Shown: positions 1 through 13,613, counted from the whole stretch's first letter. The stretch is 63,230 bases of DNA, filler included, from Phoronis australis (GCA_002633005.1; 7 parts of 7 records of this genome joined end to end with filler, not necessarily neighbours in it), one strand, 5' to 3'. Notes: a model not told the origin generated them from the sequence alone. Numbers and translations are program-made.

Positions 1-484
1 AAAGTCACCAAAACTGTTGTTTTTACAAATATAAGTTTACTAAGCTCTTTGGTGATTATTAGGTAACTTCAAACTCAAATTTCTCAAAAATGTGCAACTT
101 TATATGTGGGAACTTTTTAGATTTTGGAAACACTCTAATAAATGAATTAAAAAACACCAAAATAAAATTGCCCCCCTGAAGTACTCACAAAAACCATTTT
201 CTAGAGGCCCTACAAAATCTGGCCCACCGACTACGATGTGAACAACATCCTTTGCTCAGAAAATGTGTGTATACACTCTAGGTTCTAAGATGTTCTGTAG
301 GAAGCACAATTTGCACAGTCTAGTTAGGCAAGAAATAAAAAAACACGGCAAGTCGGTGGCACCGTTCTTTTGCTGGCGCATTATTTGGTCGGTCATTTTT
401 GTATACTAAATGATCTGGGATGCCTAGAGGGGTGGGACATAAAACATTAGTCTTAAAACTCAAACGACACGGTGGTGGCAAGGG

Positions 485-640
485 AAACAGCAACAGCTTG
501 AAGCAAGAGGAAATATTGAGTTCAGATACCAGGACCAGTAGCGGACGAGGGGAATTGGCTCAAACCCCCAATCGCAAAGGGATCGTGTTTACCGTTCTCT
601 TTTTTAAGTCCACCCACAAATTTTCCTGCTAGAAAGACCT
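485..640. repeat. Dispersed repeat (second copy at ~43460-43600)
   Basis: GAGGAAATATTGAGTTCAG...AGGACC.GTAGCGGA.GAGGGG...GGCTCA.ACCCC..ATCGC is shared in the same orientation with 43460-43600. Confidence 0.7.
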
Positions 641-1928
641 AATGCCCGGCCCCCGCAACTTTCGGGCCGTCTGTGCACATACACTGTGCACATACACTCG
701 CAATTTGCCGAACCAATTCCCCGAAGCAACATGTTGACCAACACTTTCATTAGTTAATGTCTAGGAATACTGAATAGCTTTGACCTCTGCATGTGACTGC
801 TGAGTGTTGGTTTAGTTGTTCGTGTTACTTATGACCATGCATGCGGTGGTTGCATATTTTCCTTGAGAATGGTGAAGTGATTTCCAGCCAGACCTTGCAA
901 TGTAATCACACAGTGCTGACAACGATTGTGCCGAGCTTCTTATTAATACGTGTTATTTGTAAACTTAATAACCATCCGACTAAATACAACAAAGAGAATC
1001 ACAAAAAGTATCATGACAGAGTGATATAGGCCTACATCAGATTGGCATAAAAATCGACAATTAGTAAAGTAATGTGTTGTTTTTATTCATCGTCAACGGA
1101 TCCTGTCAGATCAACCAATACCAAAAGGAATTTTCCAATGCAAGGTGAATCTTGAAAATCCACATTTAGTTTGCGACATTTTGGCTAGGTCACAAACGGC
1201 AGCGTTAAGTTTGTTTTCTTGGCTGATTGAGCGCTGACCGGAGACGCATAGACCCTGATGTCTGATGTGAAAGTAACCAATGTCCACCTCGAAAATTTGT
1301 CCGGCTTGCATGCATTTGAATCGATGAAGCATTCGGGTAATCCACGCGCCCATATGCTGGCATTTAATTACATGCAGCTACTCTCTGCTCAATGCATTTA
1401 ATCAAGAAGAATGGAATTCGGAAGTATATATAGCTTTTGTTGCATTCTTATTCTACATGTACGTTTTAACAAACAATAGTGTAGTTCAGAGGATCTGGAT
1501 CAACTCATAGTTTCAGCTTAATTTACTGTTTAATTGATACGCCTCTTTGTGAAAGTACTCATTAGCGGACAAACAAGGATATACCTGAAATTGTAAAGGC
1601 GCTTATTGGTCGACAAATAAGGATATAACTTCATGAAAACACTCATTATTGGATGGCAGTGAGCTATGTTTATTGATTTTACGCTGCTAATTTTACCTTT
1701 TTAACGAGGCACGTAATCCAATCACTAGAATTAGAATTGACTTTACAATGTAGTCATGATAACTAATGTTGGGTTTAATTTAAAAAGCTAAGTTGAAAAA
1801 AGCGTATTAAAGTAAACCACAATTCAATGTTTTTTAGGACCATATTACTTCACAAATCCTCGGCTTAAATCGTTAAAGGTGCATTTGATTCGCACGTACA
1901 CCATTAACTTTGAAATCTCGACCTTATA

Positions 1929-2782
1929 CAATGGCGGATCTAGGATATCACAAGGGGGGGCAACATTTTGTCCGGCTGTAAGTATTTGCGCAAACTGAAC
2001 CACGATTGTAGATGCGCATAGCACCGAATGGGGGGAGGTCGGGACTCGAACTCACGACCAAGCGAATAGCGCGCGCGTGCGTTACCACTACACCACCACG
2101 ATTTAACTACTAATCTCTTACTAAGAGACCTACGTGTCTATGGTCCACAGCGTTTACGCGCGAAACCTACTTCTTTTTGTAATGGCTATTACACGTTTCA
2201 TATTTTGTGCCATCGATTATTAACAAATTTGTCGTATTAAAAACAGTCTTCAAATGCCAAAAAGACCAAATCCCTTTTTCGTGTTGGCAATAATGACGGG
2301 ATTGCTTTGGAAATCGTCTTAAGATAAGGTTTGGCAAAGAGAGTATTGCGAGTTTCTGAGTAATTCACTAAGGCTTTGATTAAAATTCACATCTTACCAG
2401 CAGCTTCTGTTTTTTCATCGTCACTCAGGCTCCATTTTCTGTAAAAAATGAAGTAAATTTTCTTCATTACACAGTGGAGCAGACGATTGAAACGGAGTCG
2501 TAGTGCGCAGCGCCACTGCCGGTCGCCTGGGATATCGCGGGAGAGCCTATACTTAGCCATAGTTCCGTTACGAATGCGCCGTGTTCCGAATTTGACACTT
2601 GAAATTGGATTTGAGCCCCCCAACACTAAAATTGCACACATTTAAATCTTTTTTCATCCGTATAATTTTAATTACCGGGGTTAATTAATAAACTCAACAT
2701 TTCCCTACGCTCTTACTGTTTTATTTTTTTGCGGCAGCCAAAGGGTGGGCCGGGCCCCCTGGCCCCCCTAAATCCGTCTATG
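1929..2782. mobile_element. Non-autonomous DNA transposon (MITE-like) with imperfect TIRs and an apparent 5-bp TSD
   Basis: Left end CAATGGCGGATCTAGG; right end CCTAAATCCGTCTATG (reverse complement CATAGACGGATTTAGG). TTATA flanks both sides (1924-1928, 2783-2787). The left ~240 bp is homologous to parts of 43833-44206. Confidence 0.6.
2041..2100 (-). repeat. tRNA-like (Pol III A/B-box) segment inside the MITE; SINE head or tRNA pseudogene
   Basis: Minus strand reads CGTGGTGGTGTAGTGGTAACG...GTCGTGAGTTCGAGTCCC: A box TGGTGTAGTGG, B box GAGTTCGAGTC. Related copy at ~44083-44142. No complete acceptor stem seen. Confidence 0.55.
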
Positions 2783-2857
2783 TTATATATCAAAACTTGT
2801 CTAGAAGTTTCCCTGAGTGTGATGACGGATAGCTCCCGCCATGTAACATGAAAGGTA

Positions 2858-3070
2858 ATTGAAAGCTCACTTGCCTTGAAACTTCACATGCCACTGAGAA
2901 TTCACATGTCACTGAAAGTTCCTAATTCATTGAAAGATCACATGCCATTGAATGTTCACAATTCATTAAAAGTCCCAATGCCGAATTCACACGTCAGTGA
3001 ATTTTCCTAATTCATTGAAAGTTCACATGCCGTTGAGAGTTCACAGGCCATTGGAATCTCACATTTCGTT
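2858..3070. repeat. Degenerate ~18-bp minisatellite (~11 copies)
   Basis: Repeated unit approximating TTCACATGCCATTGAAAG. Confidence 0.75.
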
Positions 3071-6000
3071 GCCGTGTAGCTGTTCAATGTTGACTGTTTT
3101 GAGCAACATGGTGTAGTTGAATAGTTTTTGAAAAATTCTCTGCTTTTAGAGGTATTGTGACATGAAGTGACCGAAATGCTTCAATGTGAACCTAAGGAAA
3201 CGACTGGAAAAGGAAGACTGTTTAAGACTAGCATCCGTGTTTTTGAGTGGAACAGAAATTAACCATTTCAGTGTACTTAATGTTCATTTATTATTATACG
3301 AACATTTCCTCTGAAGACATAACTAACCGCTTCTTTCTGAGACAGGCATCCAGTGGTCCGTTGCAGAGAAGTTAAAACATGATCGCAGAATCATTTTAAA
3401 AATTTACTAAAACCATGTTATCTCAGCGTATGTCGTGCATCTAAGGGAATTTTAAGGAATTTTCCAGGTAATACGTGGTTATATTATTTTTCCCAAATTT
3501 TGGTTTGTTTACCGCGTGATTCCAATAAATATCCTCGTTTTCAAATTGAATAAAATTATGGCAGGTAGCAGCTCTCCAACAGAGGGCGCCTGTGAGCTAA
3601 TGGTCTCACGTGACTACGTGAATCCGGGCATTTATGCAGGTAGACTGGACGTTGTTGCACTTGTCCCACCTTGTGAATTTAGAGTCTTCTATTGGCAATG
3701 AATCACTTAATATAAATAACTACACTTTGTAGAAGCGATGATACGATACATACCTAGGTGAGTTTGTGTTCTAGGATACAATATAGGCGACGAACCTGCA
3801 CCTCCCTGAAACGTGGCATTTCATTCAAAAGTATACCAGGTTTTTAACATGGCAGAAAGTAAGAAAGCAGTCTTCAATGTTATTACTGTATTACACAAAA
3901 CACAAAAACGACTCAATAAATAATGTTTTTTGAATCTTACAACAGTTTAAACACACATATAGTTTTGTAAGTGTTGTTTTCAAACCTAACCTATACAAGT
4001 CTTTTATAATACACCACACTCTCCTCTTCATGTGTGAACTATGTTCACAAAGATTGTTTCTCATTTTCACTACTTAAATTCTTTGAAATTCATTTAGGAC
4101 GACAAATTTTTCAACAGACTCCACGAACAAAAATAGTTAGCAAAACATACATGTATACTTAACACCCAAGTTTCTTACACGTCCAATTATGACATTTCCG
4201 ATTAGAATATTATGACACCAATAAAAGAATCAACACGAAAAATTCTGCGTACTGCATGCGTGTACGTTTAGCCCCTGCGTTAATTACAATCAAAGAAAGA
4301 CGTTACACCATTTTTTCCAATACAGATGCTTACTTTCTAAAGGGAGAAGCGAACTTTTAAAATTAAGTCTTCACGTTTCCAACTCTACTGTACGTTCTAT
4401 TGTCAATTGCCACTTAGTATCGAATGGCAAAAACTAAGGTAACGGGAAAACCCGCCACATTTCAAAAGCCAAGGTACAACTTTCTCCTTTCGATCAAATA
4501 ATTTGAATACGGGTTCATACACTCAACTTTGCATATAAGCGCTTGGGCTAACATGTCCACGGATGCAGTAACCAATGCGTCGTTTATCATATTCAATGAT
4601 ATCCAAATGGCCATGTACGCCTTACATCTTACCTGAAGTATATACCAGGTTGTTACAACTAAACAGAATTTGTGTAAACTTTCCCTTTATCCGACAGAAG
4701 AGATTTCCCGCAGAGAAACAGGAAAACTTGGCCATGGTCTCTTTGACAGATTCCATCTACGGCGGTGCCAAAAATGTAGGGAATGAAGAAAGGAGCACCT
4801 CCCACTAAACAGAGATGTAGAAAACGGCAGATATGGCATTGTACGGGACCCCCGATTATTTTGTAGGTGTAGTGCTGAAACGTCCGTTGCGACAACCACA
4901 CGCTTGGGACAGGGCTATGAGAACCAAGATAAGAAAGTCAGAACAAAAGCTGTAGAGCAGTGAAAAACCTAGAGATTATTTGTCAACTACCAGCGCTATC
5001 GTTACCCCTGAGGGGTCTTGGTCGGTCGGCGTATGTTTGTCAAGGAGCCTCCAAATTTAAAAAGGTATAGTATTAATCGTGTGTCCGCCTCCATTCTCTC
5101 AACCTTCAAATTGATTCATATTTTAATGTGCAATTTTATGGAGTCCACATTTTTGAAATTATAGACCGTTTCACATACATGTACCCACCGGCTTTCGGAA
5201 CGGACCAGGTCATGGTTCCGATGATTATCGACTATCTGTTCTTCTAATATTGATCTACTAATTAATAGGGAATCAACTGCTTCTCTTATCTTGACCCATT
5301 GTGTTTGAAAACAACGATAGCACCGCCGTACACGAAATGTAACAAATTAAGAGGATTGTAAATGAGCCATTGGAACCAAGAGGATTAAACACGCCATCAC
5401 AAATTTACTGCTTTAAGGTGTTCGCCCAATTATTTTCAATAGCGGCAACTATTTTCCACCAGGAAAAAGGAAATCAAATACAGCTCTATATCTCTGAATT
5501 AATAAACACACTCCGGCTTAAACTTCCGAATGTAGCTAGAAACAAGGAAAATCCGGACAGCGCACCTACTTGTGCGTCTACTGTCCACGTTTTGCAATCG
5601 CTCTGAAATGACAAAATACATCAACATGCACACGTTCATAATCCTTTGGCATCAGGTCAGGTGATTACCAAACTAATATTGAACGGTGTTTAAATTGAAC
5701 AATGCGAAATATCACTGTATACCTCAAGCGTAAGACGACATTAATGAATTTAAGCAAAAGTCAAGTTTGGTGGTCACGATCCCTGGAAAGCAAATCTTGT
5801 GACATAAGTGTGCAGCCATAAGACATCAACATTCAGCTACACCGATCATGAATGCAGACATCTTCACTAACGTGGGAAGACGACATACATGTAGAAGCTT
5901 CGCAATATAACAATCACATCGATTGGTTTAATTTGACCACTAGAACAGTATCTGTATATTCTCTGTTGAGACAAGGAACACGTTTGAAAGTTTGTGATTG

Positions 6001-6280
6001 GCCAAAGGGGCAGCACACAGTGCCATCTCTTGCTACTTCAGGTTAAAATATGCAAAAATGAACATCAGCCTGCTTTTCCACAAAAATGCTCAAATAAAAG
6101 TGCGTGAGTTTTCAACTTCAACGAAGCTACCCCAGTGACATTGCCACAGAATAAAATAACTGCGGATACAGCCCAAGGCCTAATTGCTGCTCATTTATTG
6201 CCAGTTTGAGGGCATTGCATTACTAAAGTCTCGACTCACAGGTGCAGCTCACCTATTCTGAATCCGAGACTATTGTATTC

Positions 6281-8576
6281 CTACAGTCTTGACTGACAGG
6301 TGCTAACGGTACTCATTTCTTGGTGAGAGCTACCAATAGTGCTCAATTGTGAAGGAGAGGTCGCCAATTTCGACCTCTTCTTTCTGCAACTGAGAGAAGA
6401 AAGAGTATATAGATAAGGATTAAACGCTGCGTTTACGGGAAGAATGACAGCAGCCATCCAGGCAACAAACTCCGGAGAAATATCAACACCTAAAGCCGCC
6501 ATTATCCCAGCGATCACCACGGGCATCCAACAACAGAAATCAGTCATAACCAAAATGCTGACCTTCTTAGCCAGCTTTATCTCTTTGTCATTGGCATTCT
6601 GACCAGAAGCTTCCCTGCTACTTTTGACGCGTATAAATATCGCCAAATAGCTTACGGCAATAAACACAAATGCACCGAAATTGAATGCAACAAATATAGC
6701 TAACTTGAACCATGTAAATTCGCCTGCTGAAGTCAATGTGAATGGTAAACACATTGACGTGGCTCCATAAAAATAATTCCCTTCACCGAAATATCCCAGA
6801 CGTGTTAGCGGAAGTGCTGCCATTGTCGCCCAAATAACAGCAAACGTGATCATAATGATGAGTGCCTGGCGAACCTTCAAAACTGGAACTTTGAAAGTTA
6901 AGATTAACGATATAAATCTATCAATAGTAATGACCAACATTGTCGACACAGACATTTCGCTGGAGAAAAAAGCCAAATACCCAGCTATTTGACAAACCGT
7001 ACTGTTCCGCCACGCTGGGTCGTAAAGAAAATACTGTCCTCGTTGCAAATAATAAGAGTCAGCGCCAGCTATTATCAGCATGTAAACTCCAGTAACAAGA
7101 TCAGAAAATGCTAATATTACAATGAGGACGGAACTAACAGATTTTAAAGACGTTCTAATTCTCCATATCGAGACACCTAGATTACCAAATAACGCAAGTA
7201 ATCCAAACACCCACAATGCAGCTCGCAAAAAGTGATTGGGCATTAAGTCAGAACATGACGAAAATGGATCTTTCTCAGGAGTACAGACAACGTTTTTACC
7301 CCTTTCCACAGCTTCTTGTAATCTGTTTTGTAACAAACAACAGAATCTGAAGCTATCCCCCTCAAGTTTTGTGATATTGATTGTGTCAAATGCTTTCGGA
7401 TGAACATCAAGAAATTTGTTATTATGCCGCATGTCAATAGCGATTCGATTGCGCAAGCCACCGAACCCTTCAGCCGTTATACGGCGAAGGTGGTTGGATG
7501 AAATATTCAAACTTATTAACCGCAAACCTCTGAAAACGGGAAACACAATTTCAGTCAAACGATTACCACAAAGATTTAAATGGAATAAGTTATTTAGATC
7601 ATCAAAAAGATTCTCAGGAATGGTTGTTATCCCGTTAAATGACAAGTCCAGCATATGGAGCATGTAGTGCTTTGAGAATGTGTTGTTAGTAAGCTTAATA
7701 AAGTTGTTAGCAAACACAATGCTCCGCATAAGATTTGAACCGTCAGGTAAAAATTGAAGGTTACTGTTCCTGCAGTCCAACACATATCCGATACAACGAC
7801 ACGAGTGCGGGCATGTTATATTTAGATCGCACAACTTCTCGTCATCTCCTTTGAAACAATCGATTATACCATCACACACTTTCTCTTGGTCAATACACTT
7901 CATTTGTCCCAGACAGCGGTACGATGTTGGGCAAGAGTAGTTGTGACAGCCAAGTTCATCGTAACCTTCCACGCAGTCCCATGTTCCGTCGCATACAGCG
8001 TGGCGAGGAACGCAGTAACTCCCGGGACATTTAAACAACCCTGGGCATTGGAAGCTGTCGCAGTTAAGTAGATGGCTACTGTCACCACAATCTACATCTG
8101 TAGTATTCTTATCGAATACACAAGCGTGGCTTCTTTCAAAACATGCTGGATGATCAAGTTTACATCTGGATTTTGTGGATGAAGTACAGTATGGTGACTT
8201 GAAGTAATTATCATTGTATGGTGACTTGAAGTAATTATCATTGTATGTTTCGTCTTCTTGGAGGTACCCTTCACAATCTACTTTCATGTTTAGCCTCTTG
8301 TGTTTCTCGATACAAACGCCACTGAAGCACTGAAAGCCATTTAAGTAAGAACAATTGTGTCGCCAGTTACACACTGCCTCTGACTCGTCTGATCCATCGG
8401 TGCATTGTTTTTGGAAATCGCATTTTTGATCTTGTGATATACACTGGCCTGATAAGCACCTGAACTTATCTAATGGACATGGAGGATACAGACATTCGGC
8501 TTCATCTGACCCATCTTCGCAATCATCCATGAAGTCGCAGACCACAGATAGGCTAACTCGCTTGGCATTCCGGCAT
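6281..8576 (-). CDS. GRL101-like LRR-containing GPCR, exon 2 (LDLa repeats, LRRs, hinge, rhodopsin-type 7TM, C-tail)
   Basis: 754-aa ORF with LDLa repeats (CDFMDDCEDGSDE, CDGTWDCVEGYDE, CDGIIDCFKGDDE), LRRNT (CPHSCRC), LRRs (LDLSFNGI, LNLCGNRL, LNISSNHL), hinge FCCL and PFSSCSDLM, and a 7TM with IDRF, TDFCCWMP and NAAFNPYLY. Acceptor TTGTTTAAG|A at 8577/8576. Confidence 0.93.
8189..8247. repeat. Perfect in-frame 27-bp tandem duplication within the GPCR exon
   Basis: GTATGGTGACTTGAAGTAATTATCATT x2, encoding YNDNYFKSP x2. Confidence 0.95.
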
Positions 8577-10957
8577 CTTAAACAAGAGATGTATCTTTAC
8601 TACGTTTTAGCAAGAGTGCTTATTAAGTAAAACTACATTGGTAAATTTTTTTCAGATTGAATTATTTCAATCTAAGGAATAAATGTTTTGCAACAAAATA
8701 TAACTCTGTATAGCAGACCTGGGCTACATAAAGCCTGTGAAACCACTTTCATGACCCTTTTAAAGTTTGGTTATTCCTCAAATTGAAAATGGACAAGAAA
8801 ATATTCAAAATCCAATAAAATTAGACCTCCGTAAGGTGCGATACACCAAATGGTATTTTAAAAGGTTGCATTAAGTTCCAAGAAACTCAACTCTTACTGT
8901 TTCGAATATAATAAAAATTTAGGTTATTTAAAACAATATTTAGTGACCTCAACTTTATTTGAGTTTAAATACAATCTAGGTTATGTCAACAAGTGAAACT
9001 ATACGTTTTCTCAAATTAGAAAGATCATGGATTTTGAAAATGCGTTTGTTATCAGTTTGTCATTACCATGTTCACAACTACATTTTTTAATGTAAACTTT
9101 TAAAGACTTTTGTGTAAGATTATTTTGGTTATTTGCTTAGTTTGAATGAGTTTTAAACTAAATCACTTTGGAAAAAGAAATTATGCAGGTGAAAAACAGT
9201 ATTCTTAAAAGTAGTTGTCAAATAATAAAAGTATACGACATACTGAGAAACCATAACGAAGTTTTGAAATCGATAGATGGAAAGTTTAATTAAAGTTGCT
9301 AGGGACATTTCCGAGAATTCGTATTCCTAAGTTCAAACAAACTTGTTCGATGGGAGCCGAATAACATCGACAAACGCTACGACCCTTGTAGGCATCTGTG
9401 TGCAAAGACAAAAACGTCCAAACAAGCAAGTTTATTGTGCCAATTTACTAATTACAACTTGACATCAGTTTCTGGTACTTCAAACATTGCCACACACAGT
9501 TTCAAAAGTTTCTCACACAATTGGATGTCAAATTAAACCTCCCCAGAGTCAAACGATGATAATTTTCAAATTTCCTCACGTTTGTATGCTAATGTAATAC
9601 AAAACTAAAAATTGGTTTTAAGTATACACACTGTTTTCGCAGAGAAAATTTGCCAGAGGGGTCAATAAATTTAGATAAAACAAGAATATGAAAATTAGAA
9701 GCCGTGTGCCACATTTTATTATTCATGATTAAAATTACATTTTTGTTTTTGATATTTAATTATTGTATTTATGCGCTATTTAAAAGGGGTTTGGAAACAG
9801 AATATCCATGTTAACATGTTGCGAAAACTTTAAAGTGATGACGTTTTTGGTTGTCACACGAACGATTCAATGAGACAAGTACCGCAACAATCCTTTGCTA
9901 AATGTATGACTACATAACGATCATTTTGTCACCACATTTGTCCACGCTATTGCCTGCATAGATAAACTGTAATAAAGTACATATGGAACTACACGTTAGA
10001 AGCCAGTTTCACTTCTCATCAGAACTTTGAGAAAAGTAATTGCCATTTGACATAATGTAGAGGTATTAGCAACAAAATGTATCGCAACCACCTTAAGAAA
10101 AGAATGTTTCTTTTAAAAAATATTTTGCTGTAACGTATTACGAGAGTTTGTGATTAAGTTTAGACCTAGAAAGTCAAGTTTCAACAACGTCATTTTAATG
10201 CACTGCACACCGAGTGTAATGTTTATTGATACTCTTCGCTTCATTAGTTCAACAGACAACATTTCACACAACCTCACCGATTGTATAAACAATACAAACC
10301 GATCTGCGCACAGTAGCAGCTTTCCTTGAGCCTGCACTTGATTGATTTTGTCGATTCCGTCGGGTCAACCGACTAAAGACTCCGGCTTACAGTCAGATGT
10401 CCCTATTTATGTTCAACGAACTCCGGGCTCAGTTTTTAGTTACATTATTAGAAAATGTAATTAATTGAAAATGAGCTTATAATTATGATGAAATTATAGA
10501 AAAAAAACATTGCATCTGTGAGTCCATATAGACAAAAATTTTCAAAATTGGACACTTACCAATCGTCTGCTACTTCTGAACTTCAAATTGGCATTAGCTG
10601 CGTATAAAAAATCGGTAACTAACCGAACATGAGCTGTGTATTGGTTACGTTCAGAAGAACAAAATTTTGCGCATGCACAATTCAGTTTTTAATGTGGCAT
10701 GCGCGCAGTGCAGGACATTTGCATCTAAGGCATGAACGGAGTTCACTGTAAAGGGCAATACCGTTAAATATTGTAAGCATATCTGTCGTGGGTAAAATAA
10801 TTATAGATTCTCGATGACTACATAGTTCAATGTACTGCAGACTAAACAGATATCTTAGCTGGTTTCCCTGACGGAGCTTGAACATTTTTAGCTCTGTTTA
10901 AGTCTCAGTATACCGACTACGCAAGAACCAGCAAAGTTGTCATGAAGTGATTATTAC

Positions 10958-13613
10958 CTGAATTCCTGGCTAACGTATTGACTGCATCTTGTCTCATCAC
11001 TTGCGTCTTTACAGTGGTCTACACCGTCACACAATGCCACCTCCGAGATACACGTGCCATCACTGCAAGTCCATTGAGAGTTTGAGCAGCTTCTAGTCGA
11101 GTCGCTTGAACTGATTTGACACAACACACTTAACGGCACCGGAAATTGATTTGAAAAATCTTCGTCGCAGTCAACATCAACAATTTCCCAAGCAAACTCC
11201 GGATTTTCAAATATACTACTGTCAATTTTTGGAGATTGCAGTAGTCTGCATGTTGATGCTTTTAAGATCCAAACTGGGCCATAATCAGGATGAAATCTAA
11301 AAGCTGACATTAATATAGTTGAAGCCATTGTATTTGGCGAGGACACCGCGCCTCCGATGTTTGAGCACATGGTGGTGGCTATAGAATATGGCAAAGGAGA
11401 ATCTCTATTTCTGAGACTAGTTTCTAGTCGGAAACAACTGTCATTAAAATAGGTCCACGACTCGCGGCATTTCTTACTGGTACCTAGAAAACCCCATGTT
11501 TTCAATGTCGTTGAAAAGGTTCCTGGATACTGTTTCGGCTTTAAATTTTCACAGATTATGCTGATGTAAGGAAATCTGTAGTTGCAGGAGATGGAAAACC
11601 AGCTGCCACCAACGTAAGGGTTCTGCACAACCATTACGGCACAATTGCTTCCTGGATCATNTCGCAACTACGTTTCATAGATAAGTCAGACTCGAGTATG
11701 TCAAACACAAACAGAAAATTTAGCTTCGACCACCCACGCCGTGAATGAATGCGCATAAGGCGTAAGTGATCCCCCGAAAAGTTTAAGACTAGTTCTTTGG
11801 ACATGTAATGGGATTCAACCTGTAAGCATTCTGGCAGTTTGTTGACAAACGAAATATAGTGAAGGCAATCTTGATTTTTCAACAGTGTCATTGTGTCTGT
11901 GAATCGTTTGTAAACGTTAATGCCAGAAATATTTGGACTAAGCCGTAGGTTAACGTCCACTAACTCATATCCCCTTACGAATATATTTTGTTGCACAGCC
12001 AGGCAGCTTGCTATGGGTAACTGTACGTTAACAATGTTGTTTCGGATCATAATTCCGCGGCACTCGAATTCTTCAATGTAAGCAATTAATTCTGCTTTTT
12101 TGTATCCCGGCACGAGTGAGTAGTATGCAATGGTAAGGTACGGTGAGGAACTTACAAATGACGATATGATGTGGCCAGATGTAAAGTTTGAATTATTTGC
12201 TGAAAAATTTCCACATATCGGCCCAACAGCCTCAGAAGTTATGTTTAACCCATCGTATAAAACCAATCCTTGATACCCACAATTTTCGTACGCTATCAAA
12301 TGAATTCTGGAAAAGGACAGTTTTAAAAAGAATCGTTTTCTTCTGGCTTTAAAACGCCAGACACAATGTGTTGGACCAAATCTGTGCTGACCATGAAAAA
12401 GTGAAAGCTTTAACGGCATACGACTTACTGTGTTCACGGCTTTGATCCCGTTACAGTTCCACTGGTATTTATTCCTTATACCCTCGCATGAAACGAGTAT
12501 TGATAAATCCTTTGTTACAGCACGTGTGTCTAGCTTAACTTCTAATATCCCATGGAATATTATGGCATTCATAGATTGATTCCAATTGGTTACGTTTTCC
12601 AATAAAATTTGTGTACTTTGCATGACAGACAAAACTTTCGGTCCTTCATAAAACGACAAGTGAAGCTCTAGCAACGGCCTTACATTAGTCACAGAGACAA
12701 AACTCTGAAGAACAAGATTAAATGGAACAGCAATGTACCACAAATACAAATAAAGCATCCGGGTTTGCAATTTGAACGAAAACGGCGGATCTTTATAAAG
12801 AATTTCTACCCTATTTTGTCTAGATGAAGTGCTCCCCAACTTCACCTTTCCAACACCCTTTTCAAGTAATGTAAAAGGCCACAATTTGTAGGTAGCGTTG
12901 AACTGCCAGCCAACTTGTCTCACTGTAATAGTTATCAAAAGCGCCCTTTCCGAGGACGATACATTCCACGAAATTTTTTCACCACAGGCCTTTTCAATTA
13001 GGTGAAAAGACTGATTTCTTGCTTCGTATATCTTCATGTTTTCTGTTGGACACCCGGGAATATTGGTTGATGTAACAAAATGTGAAATGATGACGTCAAT
13101 AGTGTGGCCACTGAGTCCAGTGATATTCCAACTACACTCCAATGGGAATGGCACTGTACGTTCGACACTCGGTTGAAAAATCCCAATATCTCCACCTGCT
13201 CCAGACACTGCGTGGTAACAAAGATGCGATGTTTCTTCCTGCAACGCGTACGTTTCAACGACCAGAAAAAGGAGGACGCGAACTGAAGGGTGATTGCGGT
13301 ATAGTAAAACCGACATGTTATTGTTTGTTGTAAAAACATCTTTGACTGATTGATTTGTGCACAGTAAAAAGTTCTTAGCGTTAGTAAATAGTTGTACATT
13401 AGCCAAGTTGCAGCTAGCGTTGTTTTCAAAATGAAATTCTACAACCGTTAAAGTGGCAGTAAAGCCTTTAGGAACTTTAACAAACCACCGAGTTCCGTTG
13501 CCTTGTGTACTGTTTGTAGTCGAATATCCGAAGGTTAACTCTATTCTTGTAGCTGAGCTGTGTTGACTCCACACAAAAAGTGTAATGGACAATGCAACCA
13601 GGAAGTGCACCAT
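10958..13613 (-). CDS. GRL101-like GPCR, exon 1 (signal peptide, ~3-4 CUB-like domains, C-type-lectin-like domains, first LDLa); frame broken at the single N at 11661
   Basis: ATG at 13613 is followed by a hydrophobic signal (MVHFLVALSITLFVWS). CUB motifs: ECSWNITG...ACGE...FNATY and HCVWRF...LVLYDG...GPICGN...YLTIAYYS. CTLD-like: NCAVM...SWFSISC...IICE and CRESWTYFNDSCF. LDLa: CSNSQWTCSDGTCISEVALCDGVDHCKDASDE. Donor AG|GTAATA at 10958/10957 (phase 2) joins exon 2 to rebuild the LDLa CSQYVSQEFRCRNAKRVSLSVVCDFMDDCEDGSDE. Confidence 0.85.

Noticed and set aside
2858-3070. CRISPR or coding repeat
   Set aside because: Head-to-tail ~18-bp minisatellite with no spacers and no long ORF.
4560-4901. 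Possible hemopexin-like relic on the minus strand (VDGICQRDHGQVFLF)
   Set aside because: Only one weak motif, with no supporting repeats or exon structure.
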